Counted from the stretch's first letter, positions 1-10,165 are shown. The stretch is DNA of 24,000 nucleotides from an uncultured Clostridia bacterium (GCA_944391625.1 CALXUG010000002.1:16168-40167); one strand, 5' to 3'. A program made the numbers and translations. The notes: generated by a model not told the origin, from the sequence alone.

Positions 1-69
1 ACTACGTTTCTCTCCTTTTCTGATACCTCTGTTATTTTAGCATCTCTGCCGTGCTTTTACAACCATTCA

Positions 70-246
70 TTATCCCTGACCGGCTATTGTATAACTGCTT
101 TGCTGCACATACTGGGCAATCAACAAATCAAGAGATTGGCTTTTTTCAATGACAAGGGCATCTTGTATGGACATACCCTGTTCTTCTACCATAGCAACCA
201 TTTCTTTTCGCATCGTATCAATTTGCTGTAATAATGTTTGACTCAT
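70..246 (-). CDS. Spo0E-family aspartyl-phosphate phosphatase-like small protein (58 aa)
   Basis: Too short for the ORF track. Hand translation of the minus strand from ATG at 246 to TAA at 70-72 gives MSQTLLQQIDTMRKEMVAMVEEQGMSIQDALVIEKSQSLDLLIAQYVQQSSYTIAGQG. SQSLDLLI resembles the SQELDxLI signature of Spo0E-like proteins. An SD-like AGAGGGTG lies just upstream. The gene starts 27 nt after the nitroreductase stop, so it is probably in the same operon. Confidence 0.55.
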   Translation of the reverse strand: MSQTLLQQIDTMRKEMVAMVEEQGMSIQDALVIEKSQSLDLLIAQYVQQSSYTIAGQG

Positions 247-273
247 AGGACACCCTCTCTCAATCCTTCTATA

Positions 274-795
274 TTAAAATTGTTCCTTGTGAATTTTTTT
301 ATAGGCAAGCTTGTCCAACTGATGCGGTGTTTTTTCCTCATCAGGTTCACCCAAAGCCAAAATGGCCAACACATCATATTGTTCAGGTACATTCAGCAAC
401 GCCTTTACAAATGCATTGCTGCTCTGCTGTTCTCCCTGCGCCTGTCTGTTGCGAATCTGCACCCAACAGGAGCCCAGCCCCAGCTTTTGCGCCTCCATCT
501 GCATAAGTGTCAAAGCAATGCTGCAATCCTCCACCCACACATCGGTCATTGCGGTATCACCCAAGACCACAATGGCAGCCGGTGTCTGCGGCAGAAATAC
601 CTGCTGCGGATGGCGGCATTTGCCCAGCTGCTGCAAAGTATCTTTATCCTGCACTACAATAAATTCCCATGGCTGCTTGCCCCGCGAAGACGGCGCCAAC
701 AGACCGGCCTGCAAAATTTGTTCCATCTTCTTGTCATCCACCGGCGATGTTTTATATTTTCTGATGCTTCTGCGGTTTAATAGTAACTCTAACAT
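274..795 (-). CDS. NAD(P)H nitroreductase family protein (173 aa)
   Basis: Track ORF. N-terminal LNRRSIRKY, then APSSRGKQPWEF and LGLGSCWV segments typical of the nitroreductase fold family. Recognised from memory only. Confidence 0.85.
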   Translation of the reverse strand: MLELLLNRRSIRKYKTSPVDDKKMEQILQAGLLAPSSRGKQPWEFIVVQDKDTLQQLGKCRHPQQVFLPQTPAAIVVLGDTAMTDVWVEDCSIALTLMQMEAQKLGLGSCWVQIRNRQAQGEQQSSNAFVKALLNVPEQYDVLAILALGEPDEEKTPHQLDKLAYKKIHKEQF

Positions 796-1029
796 GATAA
801 TTTCTCCTTTTTTCTCAGTAAAAACTGCTTCTTATACTTTGTGTGTTTCTATTTATTATTATACCGAAAATTGTTGCAAATTCCTAATCAAATATTCCAC
901 AAAATTCTCGCAAGATTCAGCAATATCAATTGGTTTTCTTCTATCCTTTCTCTTTTTCTCCCTTTTCAGACTGACAAAAAAGGAACTACTCTGCCCATTC
1001 TGCTATAAAAAATCACGAATACTGTCTGC

Positions 1030-1068
1030 AAAAAAATATCCTGCCTGCCAAAAAAGGCAAACAGGATA
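1030..1068 (-). terminator. Rho-independent terminator after mqo
   Basis: Read on the minus strand: TATCCTGTTTGCC, loop, GGCAGGCAGGATA, followed by a T7 run. It lies about 25 nt after the mqo stop codon. Confidence 0.7.
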
Positions 1069-1092
1069 CTGCAATTTCTATATTATTTTTAA

Positions 1093-2553
1093 TTACCGAT
1101 TCAATCCCAGAGTTTCGCTGGTAGAAGTCTGAATTTGCTGGAACAGCTCCGGATTCTGCGCCAGAGAAATCCCATAAGACGGAATCATTTCCTGAATTTT
1201 AGGCTGCCACTGTACAAATTCCTGCGGGAAACATTTTTTCATCACATCCAGCATGGTGTGTACAGCAATGGACGCCCCCGGAGATGCGCCCAGCAACGCA
1301 GCCACTGATCCGTCAGCAGCATTGACCACCTTGGTGCCAAACTGCAATTTTCCTTTGCCTTCAATTACCTGCACACGCTGACCTGCTACTAACAAATCCC
1401 AATCCTCCAGCTTGGCGGTAGGAATAAATACCTGCAACTCTTTCAAGCGCTGCTTGTCTGTTAATAACAATTGCTGAATCAAATATTTTACCAGACCGAA
1501 TTCTTTCAAACCGGACAAAATCATGGTAAAAATATTATGCGGTTTTACGGACAGAATCAAGTCAAACATAGAACCTGTTTTCAGGAACTTTGGTGAAAAA
1601 CCGGCAAATGGCCCAAACAGCAAAGACTGTTCGTTATCAATATAACGGGTATCCAGATGAGGAACTGACATTGGCGGAGCGCCAACTTTCGCCTTGCTGT
1701 ACACTTTGGCGTGATGTTTTTTCACAATTTCAGGGTTTTTGCATACCATAAACAAACCACTGATCGGGAATCCGCCAATGCCTTTGCCTTCAGAAATACC
1801 GGATTTCTGCAGCAATGGCAAACTGCCGCCGCCGGCACCGATAAATACAAATTTAGCAGTATGCAGTTCGGTTCTTCTGCCGTTTTTTACTTTCAGCTGC
1901 CATAAACCATCACTGGTGCGGGTCATATCTTTGACAGTACAATTATACTGTACATTGACACCCTGCTGCTGCAAATGGGTAAACAGCATTCTGGTCAGCG
2001 CGCCAAAATTTACATCTGTTCCGGTAGTGATACGAGTAGCTGCAATAGGATCGGTGCTGGTACGGCCCTCCATAATCAGCGGCACCCATTCTTTCAGCTT
2101 TTCTAAATCTTCTGTATATTCCATACCCTGAAACAACGGATGATGTTCCATAGCCGCATACCGTTTCCGCAGGAACTTAACATTCTTTTCCCCTTCCACC
2201 AAACTCATATGGGGCAATGGCATAATAAACTCTTCCGGATTGTGCAGCAGATTTTTGCTCACCAGATAAGACCAGAACTGTCTGGACAGCTGGAACTGTT
2301 CACTGACATTGATCGCTTTGGTAATATCCACAGAGCCATCTTTCTGTTCCACACTGTAGTTCAGCTCACACAGAGCAGAATGGCCTGTCCCGGCATTATT
2401 CAGTTCATGGGAGCTTTCTTCCCCCGGGGAGGACAATTTTTCTAATACAGTAATATTCCATTCCGGCGCTACCTCTTTCAACAATGCGCCCAATGTAGCG
2501 CTCATAATCCCAGCGCCAATCAAAATGACATCGGTTTTCTTTTCTTTTGCCAT
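1093..2553 (-). CDS. mqo: Malate:quinone oxidoreductase (486 aa)
   Basis: Track ORF. N-terminal FAD-binding [15 protein letters not shown]. Length and overall sequence are typical of Mqo. SD AAGGAGAG lies upstream of the ATG at 2553. Confidence 0.9.
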   Translation of the reverse strand: MAKEKKTDVILIGAGIMSATLGALLKEVAPEWNITVLEKLSSPGEESSHELNNAGTGHSALCELNYSVEQKDGSVDITKAINVSEQFQLSRQFWSYLVSKNLLHNPEEFIMPLPHMSLVEGEKNVKFLRKRYAAMEHHPLFQGMEYTEDLEKLKEWVPLIMEGRTSTDPIAATRITTGTDVNFGALTRMLFTHLQQQGVNVQYNCTVKDMTRTSDGLWQLKVKNGRRTELHTAKFVFIGAGGGSLPLLQKSGISEGKGIGGFPISGLFMVCKNPEIVKKHHAKVYSKAKVGAPPMSVPHLDTRYIDNEQSLLFGPFAGFSPKFLKTGSMFDLILSVKPHNIFTMILSGLKEFGLVKYLIQQLLLTDKQRLKELQVFIPTAKLEDWDLLVAGQRVQVIEGKGKLQFGTKVVNAADGSVAALLGASPGASIAVHTMLDVMKKCFPQEFVQWQPKIQEMIPSYGISLAQNPELFQQIQTSTSETLGLNR

Positions 2554-2690
2554 AAACCTTTATTCTCTCCTTCTTATCATCAATCTTTCCGGTGTATGCA
2601 ATCTGTTATTTTTGCCGTCTATTCCAAATGGGAATGGTTTATTGCAAAATACAACAAACGCAGCACCATCTGTGTTACCACATCGAAAGA

Positions 2691-3251
2691 CTAGTCTCTG
2701 CGATATTGGGCAATCCCCTGCTCATATAAATTATTGCCTTCGCAATCAATCGCCACAATACAAGGCAAATCTTCCACTTCCAACCGCCGGATAGCGCAAG
2801 TGCCCAGTTCTTCATAGGCAATTACTTCCGCTTTTTTTACTGCATGAGAAATGGCCACACCAGTACCACCGATGGCCGCCAAGTAGACCGCCTTGTTTTC
2901 CTTCATGGCAGCAATCACTTCCTGACTTCTGGGGCCTTTGCCCAGCATCCCTTTTAATCCCGCCTGACGGATTAACATCGGCGCATAACTGTCCATGCGG
3001 CTGCTGGTAGTAGGCCCGCAGGAACCAATGGGCTGACCCGGTTTGGCCGGAGCCGGTCCCACATAATAAATAAGCTGATTGCGCAAATCCACCGGCAGTT
3101 CTTTGCCGGCTGCCAATGTTTCGGTCAACAGCTTGTGGGCCTTATCCCGCGCTGTATAAATCACACCGGATAATAATACACTGTCACCGGCCTGCAATGC
3201 AGCAATGGCTTCCTCTGTCAAAGGTGTTGTTACTCTTTTTACAGTTCCCAT
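2691..3251 (-). CDS. Class I Fe-S fumarate hydratase (or L-tartrate dehydratase), beta / C-terminal-domain subunit (186 aa)
   Basis: Track ORF. Sequence (VLLSGVIYTARDKAHKLL, GPTTSSRMD, GKG) is typical of the FumA/TtdB C-terminal domain family. GGAGG overlaps the stop of the upstream alpha subunit gene, indicating translational coupling. Confidence 0.85.
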   Translation of the reverse strand: MGTVKRVTTPLTEEAIAALQAGDSVLLSGVIYTARDKAHKLLTETLAAGKELPVDLRNQLIYYVGPAPAKPGQPIGSCGPTTSSRMDSYAPMLIRQAGLKGMLGKGPRSQEVIAAMKENKAVYLAAIGGTGVAISHAVKKAEVIAYEELGTCAIRRLEVEDLPCIVAIDCEGNNLYEQGIAQYRRD

Positions 3252-3263
3252 CTCTGCCGCCTC

Positions 3264-4109
3264 CTACAATACAATTTCTTTATGCCGCGCTGCATGACAA
3301 TTAATATTTACCGCCACCGGCAGCATAGCAATGTGGGTTGGATAATATTCAATATGCACAGCCAGCGCTGTAACTCTGCCACCCAGCCCCTGGGGCCCAA
3401 TCCCCATTTTATTGATATCCGCCAGCAATTCTTCTTCCAGCTTTGCATATAATCCATTGGTATTTTTTGATCCAATCTCTCTGGTCAGCGCCTTTTTAGC
3501 CAGCATAGGCGCTTTTTCCATGGTGCCGCCCACACCCACACCCACAATAATAGGCGGGCAAGGATTACCGCCGGCCTGCCGCACCGTATCCAAGATAAAC
3601 TTCTTGGCACCTTCCAGACCATCGGCCGGTTTCAGCATTTTTACAGCACCCATATTTTCACTGCCTGCCCCTTTGGGCACTACCATAATGCGCAGCTGCT
3701 CACCGGGAACAATCTCGGTGTGTATCACAGCCGGCGTGTTATCCCCTGTATTATCCCTGCCAAACAATGGCTCTGCCACTACCGATTTTCGCAGATAACC
3801 ATCTTCATAGCCCTGCCGCACACCCTCATGAATGGCCTCAGTCAAACTGCCGCCAACAATATGTACATCCTGCCCCACTTCCAGATAAACAACGGCAATC
3901 CCCGTATCCTGACACATGGCCTGCTGATGTTCCCGCGCCATCTGACAGTTCTGCAAAATCTGTTCCAGACAATACTGCCCAAAAGAAGATTCCTCCCGCT
4001 TTAAACCATCCTGCAGCGCCCGTTCCACATCACCGGGCAAATCATAATTTACATCCATGCACAGCTTCCGAGTTACCGCCGTGATCTCCTGCACAGAAAT
4101 CGTTTTCAT
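3264..4109 (-). CDS. Class I Fe-S fumarate hydratase (or L-tartrate dehydratase), alpha / N-terminal-domain subunit (281 aa)
   Basis: The track ORF runs 3264-4205. I place the start at the internal ATG at 4109 (MKTISVQEI...) because GGAGG sits 8 nt upstream. Family-typical segments include CQDTGIAVV and the GVGVGGT loop. Confidence 0.85.
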   Translation of the reverse strand: MKTISVQEITAVTRKLCMDVNYDLPGDVERALQDGLKREESSFGQYCLEQILQNCQMAREHQQAMCQDTGIAVVYLEVGQDVHIVGGSLTEAIHEGVRQGYEDGYLRKSVVAEPLFGRDNTGDNTPAVIHTEIVPGEQLRIMVVPKGAGSENMGAVKMLKPADGLEGAKKFILDTVRQAGGNPCPPIIVGVGVGGTMEKAPMLAKKALTREIGSKNTNGLYAKLEEELLADINKMGIGPQGLGGRVTALAVHIEYYPTHIAMLPVAVNINCHAARHKEIVL

Positions 4110-4173
4110 CACCGTTTCCTCCGCTTCTGATTTTTTCAATGCGTATTCCAAAATGAATTCTGTCATTCTTATT

Positions 4174-4202
4174 ATTATACACAATTCTGCATCGCCTGTC
4201 AT
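4174..4202 (-). promoter_or_regulatory. Possible sigma-A promoter of the fumarate hydratase operon
   Basis: Minus-strand read ATGACA-N17-TATAAT, about 65 nt upstream of the ATG at 4109. Hexamer match only. Confidence 0.3.
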
Positions 4203-4373
4203 CAAAAGTCAAGAACAAGATTGCAAGATTTATCGGTAATGGGACAGGTTATTTCTGTCACTGACCAAAACGTCGTTGTAACTTAGCTAAATTTAGTCTT
4301 CATAAATAATTTAAAAAGGCAACTGTAAATTTTCAAAACTACATTCTTGACATTAGGATGTTCATTTTCAAGT

Positions 4374-4756
4374 TCACCACAAATCTATCCTCGATACATC
4401 GAACTCAATATAATCATCATTTTTAATATCTTTTGGAATTTTTGTACTATCAATTTCCAATACAAGTCCGCCAACTCTTACCAATCCATCCAATTTGTTA
4501 ATTAGCTTCCCTATTACATGATATGAAAAATATTCTTTCTGTTTTTCCACTTTATCATTGCTACTGTGTGATATCATAACTAGACCTACATCTAAGCAAT
4601 GTAAAATTTCATTTATACGTTCTCCCTGCAAGTATTTACATGGATGTGAAAAGCAAATAATCTGATAGTTATCATCGATAACTTCAACCTCTGCTTCTTT
4701 TACTTTCCCTATCCAACCAATGAATGGATTTGATCAGCATATGATTCACCCTTCAT
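4374..4756 (-). pseudogene. Degraded small gene of unknown function (frame break near its 5' end)
   Basis: The track ORF 4374-4631 begins at a TTG. Its frame stays open upstream to about 4735 (SNPFIGWIGKVKEAEVEVIDDNYQIICFSHPCKY...) with no ATG/GTG/TTG start. An ATG at 4756 (MKGESYADQIHS...) is in a different frame and stops after 15 codons. Consistent with a frameshifted gene. No family recognised. Confidence 0.3.
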
Positions 4757-4910
4757 TTTTAATCTTATGTGCATTCCCATTATCAACAATTCTTTCATAA
4801 TAACTATACTGTACCACATTCCACAGATTACGTATATTATCTTTTACAAAATTTTCTGTATTTCCTTCCTATTGCCATTACACCAGATACCTGCTCCTGT
4901 TTTCAGAACA

Positions 4911-4943
4911 ATAAAAAAGCAACCACCCATAGGATGATTGCTT
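4911..4943 (-). terminator. Putative rho-independent terminator
   Basis: Minus-strand read AAGCAATCA, loop, TGGTTGCTT, then TTTTTTATT. It lies about 130 nt downstream of the 5076 gene end. Confidence 0.5.
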
Positions 4944-5075
4944 AAATAAATGTTTCAGTTTTGTAATAGATGCTGCGTTCATTTTTTGTGTAGCAACTTT
5001 ACAAACTGTCAATCTTAAACTTCAATTACTTTATTATACGGTTCAGATTTCAATAACTGTTTCAATTATTTTCAC

Positions 5076-6107
5076 CTATTTGATTTCATTATTAAAATTC
5101 GGAAAGATACACATCTTTCCTCCTTCGGCAGGAATACAATATACCACTGGTTCTTTTATAAAAGGAATATATAAAAAGCTATCTCCTAAGCCATTTTCTC
5201 CAATAAATTCCACAAGAATAAGACCCTTATAAAAACCCAAACTGTTTATAACCGTTTGCTTTATATTTGGATAAGTCTTATATATCTCTTCTGTAATACT
5301 TTCCTCAATAGAAAAAATCCTTTTACATATGTTACTATTTGTATTAATTTTATAAATACTTTTCTCATCATACAAAAAAAAGTCTTCATCTACAGTAATA
5401 CAATTAATACAGTCTATGTCAATATCAAAAAAATCTTGCTTCGTTAAATATTTCATCAACTTTTCAGAAACATTTTCTATGTTATACATCTGTTTATCTC
5501 CAGAAACCAGATCAAGTTCTAATAATTTTAGACTATAATCATTTTGTGTTTCTTTTTTATCTGTTAACGGTTGATTTTCTATAAATAACATTTCTACTTT
5601 ATTATTTTTCTGCATTGCACCATAAATATGATATAAATTAGGTAAATACAAAGGTATTCTCCGTTCATCCACATGAAGTTCATATTCCCCTTTTTTATCC
5701 AGTTCTACCACATCAATAAAACCATTACCATCTATAGTCGAACGCCAAATAATATTTTTACTACTATTATCTGGAACCACCAAATACGGTTGCAACTGTG
5801 GATTTGCTACTATAGTTACCCCATTCCATCGTAAATTACACAAACCATATAGTGCCCCTGTTCCAGAAATTGCATTACCAGAAATTCTTCTCAATATATT
5901 TTCTTTGAGATCCCATTCCCCCAAAAAATCCTCTGGTCTTGATAAATTCTCAACTAATATTGGAATTGTATCTGGCATTTCTTCTAAATTTATTATATAT
6001 TGCTCCTCTATATCTTGAACCTCATCATCCCAGATACTCGCTTTCCCTACAAGAATAATCATCAACATCACCATTGCACAACATAAACACCCTATTATCT
6101 TCTTCAA
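5076..6107 (-). CDS. Hypothetical membrane-anchored protein (343 aa from a TTG start)
   Basis: The track ORF runs 5076-6125. I prefer the TTG at 6107, giving (M)KKIIGCLCCAMVMLMIILVG, because AGAGGTG sits 5 nt upstream. One N-terminal hydrophobic helix; the rest is predicted extracytoplasmic. No family recognised. Very AT-rich. Confidence 0.6.
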   Translation of the reverse strand: MKKIIGCLCCAMVMLMIILVGKASIWDDEVQDIEEQYIINLEEMPDTIPILVENLSRPEDFLGEWDLKENILRRISGNAISGTGALYGLCNLRWNGVTIVANPQLQPYLVVPDNSSKNIIWRSTIDGNGFIDVVELDKKGEYELHVDERRIPLYLPNLYHIYGAMQKNNKVEMLFIENQPLTDKKETQNDYSLKLLELDLVSGDKQMYNIENVSEKLMKYLTKQDFFDIDIDCINCITVDEDFFLYDEKSIYKINTNSNICKRIFSIEESITEEIYKTYPNIKQTVINSLGFYKGLILVEFIGENGLGDSFLYIPFIKEPVVYCIPAEGGKMCIFPNFNNEIK

Positions 6108-6140
6108 AATTACACCTCTTCCCAAATATATTTTATAAAC

Positions 6141-6184
6141 ACAAAAGAACTTACCTGATGTTACTATTAGATAAGTTCTTTTGT
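6141..6184 (-). terminator. Perfect 13-bp stem-loop between the two islet genes (attenuator or terminator)
   Basis: ACAAAAGAACTTA (6141-6153) pairs with TAAGTTCTTTTGT (6172-6184) around an 18-nt loop. It lies just after the stop of the 6191-7468 gene. The trailing sequence is only moderately T-rich. Confidence 0.5.
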
Positions 6185-6190
6185 ATTTAT

Positions 6191-7468
6191 TTATGCGCCT
6201 TCATTAGTAACAGTTCCGTTAGAAAATGTCCATTTTTTCCCTTGTTCAGACAATTTCCACGCTGACTCGTTACCTGAATACCATCTTTCTCCTGCATTTA
6301 AGCCAAATTTTAATTGATTTTCATGCTCTTCTGCAAAAATTCTGTATGGAGTTGTTAACGCTCCTAAAGAATCATAGCTTAGTTGAGCAACAACTCTAAA
6401 TGCCCCATCATAAGTATTACCCTGATTACTTCCGGCATCTGAAGTAATAGACCAAAAATACGTTCTATTTGCAACTAAATCTTCTGTAGCTGCACACCCA
6501 ACACATTGTTGTATGATATTCGAACTATCTCCAAAACTAGTATCTAAATATGCATTTGGCAAATTAGTGGTGTAAGTTCTATGGGTTGTCTTTTGATAAG
6601 CATTTCCAGGATACTGACTGCTATTTTTTTCATTATAGAACATTAAAGTCATTTCTAATGCTTCGTTACTATCAACATTCAAATTGTTTAAGTTCGCAGA
6701 AGAAAATTCATGATACAATGTAGATCTATTTTTCCCACTTGATACATTTGAATCAAATTTTGCTTCAATATCATTCGGGTACCAATTATAACCACATGCC
6801 CTTCTATTGTTCCCATCACCTAAATGAGGGTTTGTACCATTACTAGCACATTTCGTTTTAGTACCATTTAATGAATTATACCAATAGATATTACCATCTT
6901 TTATATGATAACTGCTGTCTACAGCAAGCAATGGCATCGGCACATTATCTACTGTTGGATAACTTACATTTTCATATGGGTCATCTAGATTCATAATTAT
7001 ACTTTCCTGAGTATAACTTCCTTGTAAACTATATGAATTTTTCATTTCTTTTGCTGGAACTATTGTTTCCACTTTTTTTACTACAAGGTCATCTAAAGAA
7101 ATACTCTTATTAACTTCCAATTTTTCTTCATTTAATAATGTTTCATTTACAAAATCTACTTCATTTTTTAATTGCGTTAAAAGTTCTTCATAGGAAACTC
7201 CTTGTTCTTCATCCCGATATCCAATAGTAAGCTCTTCTCCAGCAACATTTACGCTACATTGTATTTCAGAAATCCCTTCTTCCAAAATCGCAATATTATG
7301 TTGATTCGATTCTGATGTCAACATAATATCGTTAAATTCATAAGATATTACCCGAACTCCATTGTTTATATCGGCTACTGTATCTGTAGCTAAAGCTGGA
7401 AAACTACTAAATGTAAATACTGATAAATTAATCAATGCAAATGCTGTCATCTTTTTTACTCTATTCAT
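6191..7468 (-). CDS. Hypothetical secreted protein (425 aa) with Sec signal peptide
   Basis: The track ORF runs 6191-7504. I place the start at the ATG at 7468 because GAGGAG sits 5 nt upstream. MNRVKKMTAFALINLSVFTFSSFPALA/TDT looks like a signal peptide with an AxA cleavage site. The C-terminal half is rich in N, S, T and Y. No family recognised. Confidence 0.65.
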   Translation of the reverse strand: MNRVKKMTAFALINLSVFTFSSFPALATDTVADINNGVRVISYEFNDIMLTSESNQHNIAILEEGISEIQCSVNVAGEELTIGYRDEEQGVSYEELLTQLKNEVDFVNETLLNEEKLEVNKSISLDDLVVKKVETIVPAKEMKNSYSLQGSYTQESIIMNLDDPYENVSYPTVDNVPMPLLAVDSSYHIKDGNIYWYNSLNGTKTKCASNGTNPHLGDGNNRRACGYNWYPNDIEAKFDSNVSSGKNRSTLYHEFSSANLNNLNVDSNEALEMTLMFYNEKNSSQYPGNAYQKTTHRTYTTNLPNAYLDTSFGDSSNIIQQCVGCAATEDLVANRTYFWSITSDAGSNQGNTYDGAFRVVAQLSYDSLGALTTPYRIFAEEHENQLKFGLNAGERWYSGNESAWKLSEQGKKWTFSNGTVTNEGA

Positions 7469-7646
7469 TTTTTCTCCTCGCTTTTTGATAGAATTTATGC
7501 GCATTCATTCTTCTATATAAATTAGGTACAATATTTTTTAGGATCCTAATTGATATTGTTCACAAAAAATATAACATATAATAGTTAATATAGTTCATTT
7601 TCCGTAATTATCGCTCATTTATTTGTAATTATCGTATCTTCAACTC

Positions 7647-9275
7647 TTACACCTTCACCAATGCTTCAACCCTTTTCCCATCCATAAACATCACTTCTAT
7701 TTTATCCTTCTGCAGTACTGTTATCCGTTGAATAATCTTCCGCACCAGCATGTCATTATAGTTGCTCAAATCGAAATTCATCTGCCCGATGATTTCTATT
7801 AACTCTTCATCGATATGTTCTCTATCTGCTCCGATTCGTTCTGCTATCTGACTATTTTGTTTCTCACTATATAATTGCTTCAGTTCGTTTTCTAACTCCT
7901 GAAACTTCTGATCAAAATAATCTAAGTCTGCGGATGTCATGCTCAATAATTCGGATAAATCCAATATAGATTGTTCAATACTTTTTATCTTTTCGTCTAT
8001 CTCCTCAGAATCTTCGTTTGGTACAAATTTTTCTGCTTTGCGCATTCCTTCTTTCAATAACCATTTTAACTCTTCCTGATTTTGAACATATTGATTTATC
8101 GCCCATAGGATTGCCTCATGCAAATCTGTTTCTTCCAATGTCGGTGATTGTCTGCAATATTTGAGCCCATTTTTTAACCGATTGATGCAGCGCCAAACTA
8201 CTTTTTTCTTCCCTTTCTTAGCCCAGGTCACTCTCCGATACGGTGTTCCGCAGTCTCCGCAAATTAGTAACTCTGTCAGCGCATACTGCCCACTGTATCT
8301 TCCCTGCCCAACATCATGAAAAGAATCTTTCTTTTTCACAGCATTCCGCTGTGCCAGTTCTGCTTGAATTAAATAAGCTACTTCTCTGCTTCGTATAGCT
8401 GGATGATGATCCTTTACATAATACTGCGGCAGCTCCCCCTTATTTTCTTTACGTTTATGTTCCAACATATCCACTGTGAATGTTTTCTGCAGCAGCACAT
8501 CACCCATATATTTTTCATTTAACAATATCCGTTTAATTGTTCCCGCCTGCCATTTTTCATTTCCTTTTACGGTTTTAATTCCTCTCTGTTCCAGCATGGC
8601 TTTTATCTGATATAAACTCATTCCAGACAAAAATGCCATATCAATCAATTGTACAATTCTTGCTTCCTGGGGAACAATTTTCCACTCTCCAGCTTTATTT
8701 ACATCAAATCCCAAGATTTTACAACCTCTTCTTAGTTTTCCCTGTTTATATTCTTTCTGTAAAGCCCAGGTTATATTCTTACTGATACTTTCGCTCTCTG
8801 CCTGTGCAAAGGAGCTATATAGTGTCAGGATCATCTCACTGGATATATCCAAGGTATTGATATTTTCTTTTTCAAAAATAATTGCAATTCCTTTTTCCTT
8901 CAACTTTCGAACATAATTCAAAGTATCCAGCGTATTTCTAGCAAATCGGGAAATCGATTTTACCAAAATCACATCTACTTTGCCTTCTTCACAAAGCTGC
9001 ATCAATCTTAAAAATTCTGTTCTGTTTTTTGTCCTGGTACCAGAAATACCCTCATCGGCAAAAATACCAATCAAAACCCAGTCAGGATTATTGGCAATCA
9101 ATTGTGTATAATAAGCTACTTGAGCATCAAAACTGGTCTGCTGATCCTCTTCATCTGTACTAACCCTGCAATACGCAGTCACCCATTTTTTCTTTGGCAA
9201 AATTGTTCTTACATTATGATATGCTGCTACTTCTTTTACCGGTATGCAAGTTACAGTTCTCTTTTCATTTGTCAT
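7647..9275 (-). CDS. Large serine recombinase (542 aa)
   Basis: Track ORF. Resolvase catalytic domain (YCRVSTDEEDQ with the nucleophile Ser, VKSISRFARN), recombinase domain, Cys-rich zinc ribbon (CGDCG...CINRLKNGLKYC) and a C-terminal coiled coil. AAGGAG lies upstream. Confidence 0.9.
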   Translation of the reverse strand: MTNEKRTVTCIPVKEVAAYHNVRTILPKKKWVTAYCRVSTDEEDQQTSFDAQVAYYTQLIANNPDWVLIGIFADEGISGTRTKNRTEFLRLMQLCEEGKVDVILVKSISRFARNTLDTLNYVRKLKEKGIAIIFEKENINTLDISSEMILTLYSSFAQAESESISKNITWALQKEYKQGKLRRGCKILGFDVNKAGEWKIVPQEARIVQLIDMAFLSGMSLYQIKAMLEQRGIKTVKGNEKWQAGTIKRILLNEKYMGDVLLQKTFTVDMLEHKRKENKGELPQYYVKDHHPAIRSREVAYLIQAELAQRNAVKKKDSFHDVGQGRYSGQYALTELLICGDCGTPYRRVTWAKKGKKKVVWRCINRLKNGLKYCRQSPTLEETDLHEAILWAINQYVQNQEELKWLLKEGMRKAEKFVPNEDSEEIDEKIKSIEQSILDLSELLSMTSADLDYFDQKFQELENELKQLYSEKQNSQIAERIGADREHIDEELIEIIGQMNFDLSNYNDMLVRKIIQRITVLQKDKIEVMFMDGKRVEALVKV

Positions 9276-9292
9276 ATTATGTTCATCTCCTT

Positions 9293-10117
9293 TTATACCA
9301 ATTTATCATTTATCATTAAACACTGAATGATTTCATCTGGATTCAATACTATTTTTTTCACGCTATGTTCAATCAGTTCAAAGTCTGGTTCACTTAAAAC
9401 TGTCTGTTGCTGATACAAGTTCTTTAATATTTTTGTGTTGTATGTATGATCCAACGCACTGCAATTCTGATATCGTTCAGCTGCCGCCTGATAAATCAGC
9501 GCCGCTATCTCTTCATCTGCCTTTTTCCGTTCTTTGATTTCCTGTAGTATTTCATTATTCATCTGCATGACAGCTAACGATAACCGAAATGGCTGTTCTT
9601 TTTCAATATCCAGCAGCGCAGGATGTTCTATAATCTGATTTTGTTTTGCCATCAGTTTTTCTTTTAATATATCATCGGTAATATAATTTTTTGTTGTTTT
9701 CCATTCACTTTGGCACTGCCAATTAACGATTGCGCCTATCTTTTCTCGATATACATGACTTCCACAATGCCCACAAATCAGTTTTGCACGAAACGCCTTC
9801 GGCCATTCTGTCTTTACTGCCCGATTACTTGCTTTCTTTTCTTTTAGCAGCTGCACTGCTTCCCATTGCAGTGGATCTATTAATTGCGAATAACCATTGA
9901 TACCACAGTACTCTTCTCGCTCTAAAATACGTTTCACCATATTTTTGTTCCAACCGCAATCATCGTCCCGATAAGCAACTTTTCCTTCCGCTAACCACTG
10001 AGCCAATTGCCCATAGGAATACCCCTGCTGATATTTGCTAAAAATCTGCTGCACAGCCTCCCCTTCTTTTGGATGCGCCACTATCACCCCATCTACAATC
10101 TGATAACCAAATGGCAA
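9293..10117 (-). CDS. Recombinase-domain plus zinc-ribbon protein lacking the resolvase catalytic domain (274 aa as called from TTG)
   Basis: Track ORF. It begins (L)PFGYQIVDGVIVAHPKEGEAVQQIF, which is the start of the serine-recombinase 'recombinase' domain. CGHCG...WQC forms a zinc ribbon. There is no S-R catalytic N-domain and no SD before the TTG. The true start is uncertain (see findings). Confidence 0.7.
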   Translation of the reverse strand: MPFGYQIVDGVIVAHPKEGEAVQQIFSKYQQGYSYGQLAQWLAEGKVAYRDDDCGWNKNMVKRILEREEYCGINGYSQLIDPLQWEAVQLLKEKKASNRAVKTEWPKAFRAKLICGHCGSHVYREKIGAIVNWQCQSEWKTTKNYITDDILKEKLMAKQNQIIEHPALLDIEKEQPFRLSLAVMQMNNEILQEIKERKKADEEIAALIYQAAAERYQNCSALDHTYNTKILKNLYQQQTVLSEPDFELIEHSVKKIVLNPDEIIQCLMINDKLV

Positions 10118-10165
10118 TCGTCTGTTTTTTTGTTTTTTCCTGTATTCACTTTTACCCCTCCATCT

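Noticed and set aside
238-1132. Long plus-strand ORFs (238-780, 362-1132) overlapping the nitroreductase gene. Similar antisense ORFs overlap mqo, the fumarate hydratase genes, the recombinases, the radical SAM genes and the Mob fragment (for example 21799-22584).
   Set aside because: All mirror a recognisable gene on the opposite strand, lack SD sequences and have low-complexity or odd composition. They are shadow ORFs.
1093-4109. Adjacent mqo and fumarate hydratase genes as a possible unusual metabolic module.
   Set aside because: These are ordinary C4-dicarboxylate/TCA-branch enzymes with normal signals. Nothing in the sequence suggests novelty.
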